NCBI GenBank assembly: GCA_051362555.1
Contig: CM120641.1
Coordinates: 13,206,001-13,270,000 of the forward strand
DNA from: Lingula anatina
Lineage: Eukaryota > Animalia > Brachiopoda
Reading direction: 5' to 3'
DNA: 64,000 nucleotides
Shown: piece after piece, positions 25,685 to 38,381 of the stretch
Position numbering within the stretch: position 1 is the stretch's first letter
Layout: each line of letters starts with the position of its first letter
The notes under the pieces: model-generated
Told to the model about the DNA's origin: nothing
The model's database searches: none
Seen by the model: only the letters and a program-made list of their open reading frames with translations
Program-made: the position numbers and the translations under genes

Positions 25685-27673
25685 ATGGAGTCCTCAACAA
25701 AGGCGATTCCACTACACAGCTCAGCACCGATAATCTGCGACCCTCGCACACCACCTGCAAAGAACGGGGTTGAAAAGGAAAAACTGTTCCTGGCATCCGA
25801 TCCAAGCCTTGTCTTTTCTGAACAGAAATCTGAACTAAAAAACCTTCCTCAGTACACTCAATATATGGGGACTAGAGAGCGAACAATAAGACAATGCTTG
25901 ATTGTGATCGCAGCATTTATGTCGCATTTTTTCGTCCATGGGCTGTCAGCATCCATGGGCGTTTACTTTGAAGAGTTCTTAGAGATCTTCAAGCAAAGTG
26001 TGGGAGATACAGCATGGGTTGGATCCCTCAATTATGGCATGCTGTTATTAACAGGTAAAGGGAGTGTATCACAAACCAAAATATATTGCGCCCCTCCTGA
26101 GCCAAAATATTAGGCGAAATACTACACCAGCCCAACTGATTCAGAATAAACAAAATACAAATTTTAAATTGGTGTGTCATCATATTCCAAGTATTCACAA
26201 ATTATTTTATTTGTTGCAGAGAACTTTTATGTTTGAACTCAAAAAAGGAGATTAATAATATATCTTCGAATTATATGATTCTAGAGGGCACCTGTACATT
26301 ACACATACTGTTTGGCAAATATCGACTGAACAAATAACCATTTGCAGATATTGCCATTTTTATTTATTCAATCTATTCACGAAGGATGTCTTCGAACAGG
26401 ATTAATTATTCTTTTATTGGTTGGCCATTTTTAACGTGGATCTTTCTGAAAGTGGATCTTTTGTGTTTAGAATTTTACGCATGCGTATTAGGCCCTATGT
26501 GACGTGCACATGTCATGCCCACGGCAGAATTTTAGCTATGTACTTTTTGATTGCCCATTACACATAACAAAGTTTCAAAAAGGTCCATCATTATCAATAT
26601 CACAATGTAGTTATGAATTTTGTGACCAACAGTGGGAATGCTTTGACAAAACCAATATAACCAATGCTCTAAACTGAAGGTCACGACGTGAAAAGGTACG
26701 GCTGTATTTCGAAGGCCGCCTAAATTTTGCCTTGGAGACGAGTATAGGCAGTCTTTGCACTTATGTTCATTAGGTGATTACAAAGGCGATCTATAATCAG
26801 ATGAGTAACATGAATGTCTTGGTAGGATGCCAGACTTATGCGCGAACCACCATTTGTTCTTGTGGTCGCGCATCGTTTCAAGTTAACATATTCGTTGCAA
26901 ACGCGCCCATAAAATATAGCATATCTGCTGAGCTTACAGTAGTTATGTCCCGATTTTAGCGACATTTGGTTAGCCGTCCAATGCACATTAATAGAACTGG
27001 GGCATAAGTAAGCTCAGAACGAGTGCTACATTTTATGGGTAGGCTACATTATGTACATTTTGGACGAAGAAAGCCAAGTATGAAGTTGCTATGCATTACT
27101 ATACATATATATCAGTTTAAGTGCACTGTGCGTTTATGGGACAAAGTGCCAGAATTATCTATTTAATCAACGTACCTTTGGCTTGAGAGTGCAAACCTCT
27201 TGGTAAAAGTTGTATGTGCATGTGTTTTATTGTTATTGTTGTCACTGTGCTCTTTTTCTAAGCTACATACAAAAATAAATGGACACGTCCATGCAAGTCG
27301 GATGTCGGGAAGAGCGCTAGGGAGTGATTGAATCAGTGCCTTTATATCAGTTCAGAGTGTGAGGAATGAAAATGACGTCTCTCCCCCTCTCTCCAGTTCA
27401 CACTCTATCAAGCCCAAGAACTTCGTTACCTTGAGACGAGGATATTATAAGGTTGGAATGGCGGGCATTAAAAAACTCTTCGTGTACCTGTAAATGACCG
27501 CCGTAATCTTTCACCTGAGAAAGTATATGGGCTGATAACGAGGTTGCTGCTGAGCCACTCTTCAACATATTAACGCAATGTGATTAGTCCAGGGTATGTC
27601 TGAGAGCCCACTGGGGGTCGCGAAAAACTCAGACTTGAAAGTATGCTGATCTACACGGTATATTATGCTTGGC

Positions 27674-27708
<35 letters not shown>

Positions 27709-30700
27709 TGTCTGTCTGCTGACAAGATTCAAGGGTAAATCCAACCTATGCCTTGAGAACTACATGCACTGCTGGAGTGCAGATGCACTTGAATCTACAG
27801 AAAAGAGTGAAACAAAACGCAGATAAATTGAGATGGAATTGAACATAAATCCAATACTAAATTTCACATGTCATACATAACAATATTTTTCATAGTCCGT
27901 AACACCATTAGGCCTAACTACTCTACACTATATTCCTAGAATTTGTTCATCACCTACAATAAGACAATATTACAGAAATAGCGAACTGTAAACTATTGTA
28001 GACAAAAATTTTAAAAATTCAAATTATAAAGGTGGCGTTTTATTTGCAGGTCCAGTATGCAGCGTCATCGTGGATCGTTTCGGTTGCCGGGTGACGGCCA
28101 TGCTCGGAGGCGCTATCGCTGCCGTGGGTCTATTTCTCAGCGTTTTTGCCACAAGTCTGATGTACTTGTATGTCAGTTTTGGAATAATCACAGGTATAGA
28201 TCTTTCCCAAAATCATGTTTCTATGTTTACAAAGCGACTCATCTTTTCAAGCTTAGACATTAAAAACTATACAACCCCTCAAATAAAAGTACCTGATGTC
28301 GATTTTTTTAAATACAGATAGACATGGCGTTCTAAACGACTGGTCAATCACTTACTACTAAACGATGAATTAAAATGGTATAAAAAATCTAATCCAAGTG
28401 TAGGTACGGGTCGAACAATTCGTAAATAGGAGAATTTGCTTTTTACCGAGAAAAATTAATTTTGATGGATTTATCCCTTATATAGTGTACTTTATGGAGT
28501 AGTATGTTATAAGTTTCTTTCTTAAATACAGAAATCTTTTTTAAGGCAGAGATGGTTAAGCCCTTCGTAAGCAACCGACAAAAATATGTGGCACCAAAAT
28601 GCGACATTTAATCTATACCCATTGCGTACGGAGATTGAATTGTATTTAATCATCGCTTAGATTATCTTGAAAATGATTCACGGAGAGGTCTATTGTGCCT
28701 ATGGTTGGTCAGATAAAGCGAAATTCTTGCAGTGTACAAAAGAAATGTCGCTCACTGCTTTTAGTGCAATATTGTCGACGGGCAGCCGCTAGACATTTAA
28801 GTAAGATAGACGTAAGAGGCAAGTGAATGGGAATAAGCTCTTCGCTGGATTTGAATAGGTAGATTCGCGTCTGTACAAACTTAAATCGCTCGTCTTTTGA
28901 GAAACCAGTCAGAGATCATGTAATGATAACCACACAGATTAAATGTTGCAGGCAATGGATTCCTACTGAGACAGATTCGACGCTGACGACAAACCAGCTA
29001 TGTTTGTCCTTGATGTTTGTCTCGAAACTATTTCTTTTTACATTGAGGTTTAAATCTTAACCCCACCCACAAAAAAATTAAATGGCATACATCCAGCTTA
29101 GTAATGTTGTTTACGCGTCACCATTGCGTGACAGTCAGTTAAGTTCACCCCGTATGCCTACAATGATGAATACATTTTGCTTTTCTACTTAATTTCTTAA
29201 GAAGTAGTGCAATCTTTTTGGATCTTTGAGGGTGGGTATTTTTCTAATTGTCAAAGTCAAAAAAGTTGAAAAGTTGTTATGAATGATCCTTGGGGATCTT
29301 TTTATTGCTTCATGCCACTGGCAAGAGGACACAGACCCTTTAGTGAACTTTATAATGACCAACAATTTAATGATACACTAAATTGCACCGTGATGCTAGA
29401 TTAGTTGTTTGGTTCTTAAAATGAAAAATAAAGGTATTGCAAGGTCACAGGAAAGAAATTGAATACCTTCTGTGATTTAGTTTTTTAATAACAGTTTATT
29501 TTTACCAACGCGTCCATTGTATGAACCTGCACTGTGGTCAACAGATTTTTAAGAAGGACATAAAAGAAAGGCAACAATAACAACGGGCGATAGGAGAATC
29601 TCTTTACCATCCCCCCCCCCCCCCCCCCCACCCGTTGCATTGTGTTTTTTTCCTATTTCATGAAAAGGGCAGTCACCAATATGCTTTACTACTAATGAAA
29701 ACGCAGAAAGCATAACAGCAAGCATAAAGTGGAGAGGACTGCATGTGGTATTACTGCATTGCACATGTTAGTGTCACCTAGGACGGTGTCCTACATATCT
29801 TCATACCATAACTGTGATACAGAAAAAAAGTTTATCTAAATCTGAAGATGTGACATGAATGCATCAACACAACAGGGCAATTTTACGCTTATTTTCGTGT
29901 CGACCTTAAGGGAAAATTATTATAAACTACTTTGGCATCACCCGATGAGTTCCTTTCAGATTCTTTCATGTTTGAGTTTCTTTTGTGCGAAACAAGACAC
30001 CCACCGCGGAAGTTAACCCTATGCTGAAAATGTCCGTAGAGACAAAATTAACCACAGCACCGAGATACAATTTTTATAAATGGTTAAAGGGATAACAACT
30101 CTTCGTATGAGATCTAGAAATCTGTGCTTGTCAGCGGACCACGTGACCTCCATAGGTGGCTATACTCTGTAATAATCTCTTAAGAGATTATTACAAACAC
30201 ACAAATAAACTTTTTAGAAAAAAAAACAGGTACTAACTTTGAATGTAAAAATGGATTCATTAACCATTGGTAAGTATGGGGAAATTGTTGTTTACCCCAA
30301 GAAAATTAATTTTTTGGTCAAATGAACAGTTCTTATCTTTTTAACTAATCAAATGAACAGACATGAAATCTGACATTGTCATTTCATACAGTCTCGGCGC
30401 ACAACAGCTAATGTCACTTGGAGCGGGTGACCTCTCCGAAAACCCTGTCACATAGCGATTATGTGATTCCTTTTGCAAATCATTTAATCAATTTACTTTG
30501 AGTAATTTATACCGTTTATGTTGTTGAGATAACAACGGACATCTCCCATCATTTACCGTCAAGCTATTATATAACTTAAGAAGCTTTATCAATAATCAAT
30601 AATGTTTGTAGCACTGTTGCTACCAGTATGCACATTATGCTCTATGCACATTCACACATGGAGGACATTCAGAACAGTGGACTGACTAGTCCGAGGGCTA

Positions 30701-32868
30701 AATATGCCGACCCACTTGAATACTTCCCCACGGGATTTCTATTCAGTGTCTATTAGAGGATTAGACGGCAAGCTTTGTATTGGGTCGCCATATTTAACCC
30801 TCGGACTAGTTAGAGGCCATTCAGAACAGAAGGTCCGAGTATCAACTGATCCAAGGATCAAATACGACGGACACTACATGAAAGGAAGACCGCTTAATCC
30901 TGTGATGGTCTCTCCGTCTCTCGCGCGCCTCCCCACGCGTCGTCCCTGCAGGGGCACAGTCTCCTCCGTTCGATCGGACGCATGGGGGCATAGTGGGCTC
31001 GGACTAATTTAGTATGCAGATCATTTAGTCCGCGGATCATCTGTTCTTAAATGCACTCATGGATTACACACATGCCAGTCCAAAAAAACATGTATATTAT
31101 ATCAAATTGGACATCCAGTTGCGCTAATGGACATTTTCAACTGAGTTGGCCGAAAGACAGACTTTAATTAAATAATAATACACTTATAACAAAATCATTT
31201 TTGCACATCAAAAAACGTGAATATCTGTCGGACTGTCTACGCATGAATTTTCGTGTTAGAGTACTTGTACATTTTTAGGTCTCATATCGCCCTACCATCA
31301 CCCTGAGAAATAAGAACAGGGACATGATAAACGTCAGAAAATGATATTGCAAAACATTTCACACACGTTAGGTCTACTCACAACAATACGTAAAAATGCT
31401 TTATTGGGTTTCTTTAGATAAGAACATTAGCATCTTAAAACCAAGTTTTGTAGATATATATGATTTTCTTTTTAGGCTTCGGTTTCGGAATAAATTGCTT
31501 TGCGTCGGTATTCATCGTTGGGTTGAGTTTTGAACGCCGCCGAAGTTTGGCCATGGGCATCAGCATAGCAGGGATAGGAGCCGGTATGATGACTCAGCCG
31601 TACATAATAGAGTATCTCGTCGAGACATACGGCTGGAGAGGATCTCTCCTGATTCAGTCTGGGTTTCTTCTCCAAACAATGAGTATCGGTGCTGTCCTTC
31701 ATGAGCTCCCGCCTAGATACCAGGACATCCCAGTAGTGGCAACGGAGGACACTACCCCAAAGCCAAAAATTATTGACTTTACGATATTCTTGAGTTTCAG
31801 TTACGTCCTTCTCTGCATCAATAACTTCTTATTCTGCGTAGGCTTATCTGTTGTGATGGTCCACCTTCCGCATGTCGCAGATGTTTTGGACTTCTCACAC
31901 AAGCAAGGCGCATTTCTCCTCGTAGTCATCGGCATCTCTAACACAATCGGGCGAGTACTACAGGGGGTCATCGTCAGCGTTAGTTGTGTTAAATGCAGTC
32001 CCACCTTGAACTACGCACTTTCTTACGGAATTGCCGGCCTGGCAACTCTGTTCTTCCCAATCAGTCGCCACTTCATTCTTTTGGTAATCTGTTCTGTTAT
32101 ATATGGACTTGGTTATTCTGCATTTGGAACTTTGTTGCCTGATGTTATCATAGCCATATTGGGGAAAAGGAGGCTCACCGTGGGATACGGTGTGGTTATG
32201 AATTTTGGAGGATTTGGGACAATGCTCGGTGCACCAATTGCGGGTCAGTATTTAGAAGGCCCTACCATTATATATATATTCTATCTTCTCCTTGTAAAAT
32301 TAACGGTTCTATTCACTCAAAGATTGAAAAAAAAAAAAACAGTCAGCTACTGCTGAAATAGAAGTCACTATTTCCCGTATATTATAATTGAAATACCGAA
32401 TCTACTGTATTTTACATGTATTTTGGAAAGGAAAAGTGTTTGTACGAATATCGATTAGTTGCCAAAACGTCAATGATAATTAGGATAAGATTTTACAAGT
32501 ATTGCAATGAATTGTCAAGCGCTAGAAACGCACAAACAGTACTCTCATTATAACTATTCCTCCCGCTCCTCAGTTGAACATATTGATGTCCACAAGCAAA
32601 ACATAGAGTTTTATTGTAGGGAGAGTGGTAACCGCATTTTTACTGTTTTGGAAACACACACATAAAAAAAATATGAAATTCCTTTGAAGATTATTTAAAT
32701 TTATTTTTTCCAGGTTGGCTGTACGACGGACTACACAACTACCAGCCGTCTTTTTATTTTGGGGGCACATCGTTGATTCTTAGTGGATTAATAATGTTCA
32801 TTCCATGGTATCGCATGAGGCAAACAGCCAGTGATGATGAGAAAAAAGACGTGATAACAGATATCTAG
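25685..32868 (+). CDS. SLC16/monocarboxylate-transporter family MFS protein, tandem copy 3 (more diverged, ~478 aa)
   Basis: Exons 25685-26054, 28050-28193, 31476-32243, 32714-32868; phase-1 GT-AG introns at the same positions as copies 1 and 2; 1437 nt in frame to TAG; strong Kozak context GCACCATGG. Confidence 0.92.
27678..27717. repeat. (TG)n/(TCTG)n compound microsatellite, possibly within a HINE-like fragment
   Basis: A TG run followed by TCTGTCTGTCTG. Confidence 0.8.
30088..30340. mobile_element. Kolobok-like MITE (same family as 5782-6349)
   Basis: TTAA-AGGGATAACAACTCTT...AACAGTTCTTATCTTT-TTAA; shares the internal ACTTTGAATGT..AAATGGATTCAT.AACCA.TGGT. Confidence 0.75.
30661..31058. 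mobile_element. Composite PIF/Harbinger-type MITE (same two subtypes as 9273-9707)
   Basis: GAGGACATTCAGAACAG at 30661, a second TIR GAGGCCATTCAGAACAG at 30813 after TTA, and right end CTGTTCTTAAATGCACTC at 31058. The whole unit is flanked by ATG on both sides. Confidence 0.78.
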
Positions 32869-33133
32869 AGGCAAGAAAACCCACCTCATGCATGCACGAG
32901 TGAAATGCACATTAATGCATGTGAACCCAGGGCGTTAGAAAGAAACGGGTTAAAGTCGTGTAAATAGTATCTTAATGTCCAGTGAGTGTTGAAGTAGATA
33001 GACCGCCAGTCTGGGATATCGTGCCCTCTATGAGGGACTGGAGTTAAATTACAGGCGCATACTTTGTCTGTAACTGTAATTAGCAATCTGTGTAAAAATA
33101 AGCCATAATCAAACCACACGGCCAGTAAGACAA

Positions 33134-33360
33134 TATCAAGTATACATTTGTCGAGGAGTTGTTTACACTTCTTACCAGGACAAACAAACAAAATAGTATC
33201 AATAACTTAGATTTTTTTCTTTTAAGAGATATTTTATTCTAATGTGATATTATCAAGTGTACATTAGTCAAGTTGTTTACACTTCTTACCGGAACAAACA
33301 AACAAAATACTATCAATAAATAGATATTTTTTTCTTTTAAGAGATATTTTATACTAATGT
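33134..33360. repeat. Two-copy ~115-bp tandem duplication
   Basis: TATCAAGTRTACATT...AAGAGATATTTTATWCTAATGT starts at 33134 and again at 33251. Confidence 0.9.
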
Positions 33361-33514
33361 ATTAAGATCACGATATTGTGATTAGATCATATTACTCGCC
33401 CCATGGGTGCATAACCTACCCCTTTAAACAAAGAAATAGATGTGTAATCTTGTATTTGCATGGAGCACAAATGTACGAGTGCTATAGTTAAGAAGATAGC
33501 AAAATTGTTCGGTG

Positions 33515-33606
33515 CAGGTCTGTTTGTATGATAAACTGATGGCTACTTCTGTGATTCCACCAGGTCTGTTTGTATGATAAACTGATGGCTACTTCTGTGA
33601 TTCCAC
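33515..33606. repeat. Perfect two-copy 46-bp tandem duplication
   Basis: CAGGTCTGTTTGTATGATAAACTGATGGCTACTTCTGTGATTCCAC occurs twice in tandem. Confidence 0.95.
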
Positions 33607-36600
33607 AACAACTGCACTGAATAAAATGAAGAGACAATTAATGTTATTTCAGACCTTGGGGCAATAATCGTTTAAATGTATATTCAAATAGTGTTAAATT
33701 TTTTATAAAATATATGCCTTCTCCATTTGGGAGGTATTATTATCCCACCGACGAAGTAAAGTTTTATAATTTTTATTTATCTTTTTTATTGGAGAGGTTG
33801 TAGTTTATTCAACTCCTCAACAGCTGTTCACGTCCTTTGCAGAACGACGGACATTTCATATTTATTGCCAGACACCATTGTACCTATATATGCCATAAAC
33901 CTACTTTCCTTCTCTTACGTGAGAAATGTGTCAAAATATGTGAAAATCCTTGTAATCCTTTTGTAAAAATAATGAACGAACTAAACACTTAATTATATTT
34001 TATATTATGTATAGATATATTATATATAATGTACGAAAAGACAAGGAACGGGGTTTGAAGATATTTTATTGAAATATTGATATACATGTAGCTCTGCATA
34101 ATGAATATCTATACTGAATACATGTATATGACAGTGGATTTTACACCGGTCAGTTCAGTTGTATAAAATATATATTTTTAAAAGTTTAATATTTAGACAT
34201 ATCCTTATGAGGACTGAAATTTTAGTTATTGAAAGTTGTTTAACATGAAACGGAATGCTTTGCGGTAGAAAATCCCCTGTATTGTGTCGTGAAATTTTTC
34301 TCTTGATCCTTATGATATATCATTTTACTGTCCTTTTTCAAGTTTTTTCATCCCCCGCCTTTTTTCTTGATTTTCCACATAATGGGCAGCACATGTACAC
34401 AGTGCTGCAATAATGGATTATAATAAATTGTCAGAAAACCTCCATTTCCTTTTCCTATTTCTTTTTTTTTTCTATAACGCGGTATGGATTATGTTGATTG
34501 AGATTTTTTTTAACTACATACGGTCGCCTTAGTGACTACAAATTCTGCTCGGTAACATTAAGGTTCTTAATCTTATCAACTACTACTACATGTATCCAGC
34601 CAGGTATTTAAACAGTGGCAATGACAGTGGACAGGTATTGAAACAGTGAAAACAAAATCATCACCACGAACTTGTCCAAACGGTCTTGCCACCGCCTGAG
34701 CACAATGTCTATTTGAAGCAATCATACATTGGATATGTCTCTTTCATCTGGCTTGGACCCTTCCATGTTATTGATAGAATAAGGACCCAAAAAATCACAA
34801 ATTGTTTCACCAGGCTCATGCTGATGTTTTTTTTTTTTTTTTTTTTTTTTTTTTGTTATTGTAGAAAACAAGTTAAACGAAAAGCTACTTTTAAAAAGTT
34901 CTGGCACTTCCCGAACATAAGCAAATTAAACCAAGTAAAGGTAGTTCCCTTTAAAACTGAACAGATATATGTTCTTCTTTGGCTTACTGCTTTAATCATT
35001 TCTACTTGCATGTCCGTCAGTGAGCAAAAGACCGGGATCAAGATGGTAAACACATATCATGTCGATTGATATTTCGTTAAAACAGCGGATATAATTTTAG
35101 AGCCTTTTCTGTCAGCATATCAGTAGCTAATGTCATTTTAAACAACGTCCTTTTTATGATACTTTTCATAATCTAGTGTGAGACAGCTTGTATCACGGTC
35201 TTGTCTTCTCTAGCACATTCGAGTAGCATTTATATCGACATTCACAACCCAGGGGCGGGTCCAGGATTATTTGAAAGGGGGAGGGTCCGGGTTTTTTTTA
35301 AAGGAATAACAGGCTACGAAGCCTGCTCTCGACCCCCTTGGCGTGGGGTTCGGGGCCCGTTGCAACCATTCACAGTGCAATAGTCTGATGTGCTGAAAGA
35401 TTAAGTACATTGCTATATTTCAGCCATTGTTCTAACAACCATTTGGTGTATGCATTTTTTCATATGTGTTCACATAGTTCGTTCAGAGATTTGATAAACA
35501 AATAAATAAACGGTAGTGTTTGACAATTTGAATAAACATGTGAATAAATAAATAAATAAATGAATTAATAATATCTAGATTGTCCCTTTCCTACTCTGTA
35601 TATCGTTTCCAACATGATTTGCCTTCATTGCATTTAGGTTCCCATTTTAAAATCTAGCCAACATGTATCAATTATATCACGTAGGTAATGAGAGAGAGAT
35701 GTTTGTAGAACTGTAACTGCAGGAAGAGGAGTTAAATCACGTGCCAAAGGTCTTTTCTTAACGAGTGCAACACTTATGTTTTTTTAAGTCATGCTTCTAG
35801 TTCAGTAAATGTCGTGAAACATTCAAGTTGGATTAAAATTGCTTTTAACAGTGGATGCCAAAGAACTAGGAGTGCTCGATCTCCGCTGGAATTCTTCACA
35901 TCGCAGTTGGGATAATTAGATGTATCACTATTTGCATGTCCAAAGTACAACTCGAGTTCGACCACATACTATGACAATGATTTCAAGACTGTGCTCGTGT
36001 ATATTGTGGCATCAAAACACAAAAAACGCCGATTTTTTATACTGTTATTTTTATTGGAATATATAGAATAAATAGAAAGAATAAGAACAGGCGTGCTGAC
36101 AAACTTCGACTCCATTCACTTGACTCCATTCACATTACAATGCAAGAAGAGACATTAATATAAGTATCAACACAACAATTTTGCCCCCAATTACATGGCT
36201 TAACGAAGGGAACGTGTAAGTAGCATAGCCTATTTCAGACTACTTGCTTTATTTCACTCCTTATCTTTTTTAATTTTCTAATACCACCAGCCCATCACCA
36301 GATTACTAATTTTTTAAATACTCTAGGGCTGTTGAAAATTCAAGTGATTTCAAAAACCAGACGTTGTAATAATGTTGTAATATTGTTCCAACTTGTAGAG
36401 TACAAGAACTCCAACAAGATATTGTTAGAAAGAACATCCTAAATTGCGATCTAATCTTTCAGTTCAACTATTTTTTTAAATTCAAAATAGTGGCAGGATG
36501 CACCTTCAGGTCACACATCAATCAAATAGCATAAAATAAAATTGAACAAAAATGTCCAAAAAAAAAAGTAACACAATTCTCGGGAAGAAAATATCTCCTC

Positions 36601-38381
36601 AGATGTGTAATCTCTGCTCACATCAAAACTGACAACAGATACGCTAATAATAAAGAGGTCTTAATAAATTAAATGTCCTTACAATGAACTTCTTTTCCGT
36701 ATAATATACATGTACACACACTACATTAAAAGTGTGAAAATCACCGAGACAAAAAATCTTTGCTGCTTTGCATTGCTTATTATGACTTTTGTGAGTTTAC
36801 GCCAATTTTATCACAATTTCTTCGGTTAATTATAAACCGCTTCGTGATGTTACTCCCTACTTCTAAGCTTCCGTCTTCCGCGTCGTGCAGTAGTGCAACG
36901 ATCATACCTAACAGTATCCATATATATATATTAGCACAACAACAAGATGCTTCATTATATTATAACTAAGGAAATGTACCAGCGAATATGATTGTACTTC
37001 GAAGAGTGTGGTAGGACACTCGGATAATACTGAGGCTGAGAAAAAACTGTAAACAAAATTTAATAATACAGTTCATGAAATACATTCATATAAACGTCCT
37101 ACTTAACAATGCTTCCACATATTTTGACAGACTAACATAGTTTTCATTTGTTTAACAGTATTTAATAAATCTCCTTTGATAATTCCAACATAAGCCTATC
37201 GTTCGTCTTGCATGGTCGTGTCGGCGTAAATCCCTGATGAGGTAAATTTTTAATCTCATAAGTTGAAATTAAATGTAATGTCATAAAGAGTGTGACTCGG
37301 GTTTCTTAGATCTAATGCTAGGTTGGCGTGCGACATACTGTATCTATGCAAACTTCACCAGTATTAAAATACAGAGCTGAGTTTTCAATGACACTTCAAA
37401 TTCCCAACATTATGCCCTCTTAAAAATCTTCAGATCGATACAAGTCGCACGAGTAAATAACATAAGGAGTAACACTAAATAATGCTTTACCAGCTAATAA
37501 AATTCAAACCGCAATCTTTACCAGCTTACTGAAAATGTTAAAACAGCGTCACCAAAACACGTCTATACAGCGACACACATCTTGTCTGAACATCCACTCA
37601 CAGACACACATACACAAAACCGGTGCATCTCTCGTAGGAAATTACGCATTCCCTTAATGCAAAATGTATTGGAAATCTTACCCACAGAAATAGCTGTTGG
37701 CCTTTTAAGTATTCACCATTCGGACTGAAAAAAATATAAAACCCTCTGCAAAATCATTGATCCCTCACTTGAGAGCGAGTTATAGTAATCTAGTCGAGCA
37801 CAAGCAACCATCATTACTATTGACCTCAGTTTGCTTGGGTTTATACCTTCACAGCTGTGAGTCTACTCCTTACTAACCAAACGCACGGGGATGCAAATTT
37901 CTTAGAGAATACTGAGCATACTTTGCAATTTTCATCTGGGTTACTTTGGGAGGAGGGAGGACAAGAATTTGATGCACAGAAAAATATAAAATGAAAACTA
38001 ATGAAATATTTTATAAATTACAGCTGCTCTGATTTGGCCCTCTTTATCAATAAGTCAACAATATAATAATCTCCTACACGGATCTTTTTTTTACAAAATG
38101 TTTTATAACTGATAATTGGTGTGTGTGTGTGCATGTGTGCGTTTGTGTGCGTGCGTGCAGTACGATTTTAACTCTTGTTTTGATACCACATATAAATGAC
38201 TGTGTAATTAACATGCATGTAACCCTCCTCCAGACTTTGCAGCCTACAGACATAGGCCTACATTATCAGGGTGTAATGGCTATCTTTTGTGTGATAACAC
38301 AGCATTGGAATGGTTTCTTTCGTAGAGTGAAAAGAAGTCCAATAACAAAACGAATGATGAAGATCTGTCAGCTGATTCCGA

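Noticed and set aside
32866-32967. Possible stop-codon readthrough in MCT copy 3 (32 further open codons)
   Set aside because: TAG-A is not a leaky context, the tail length already resembles the paralogs, and such an open stretch is expected by chance.
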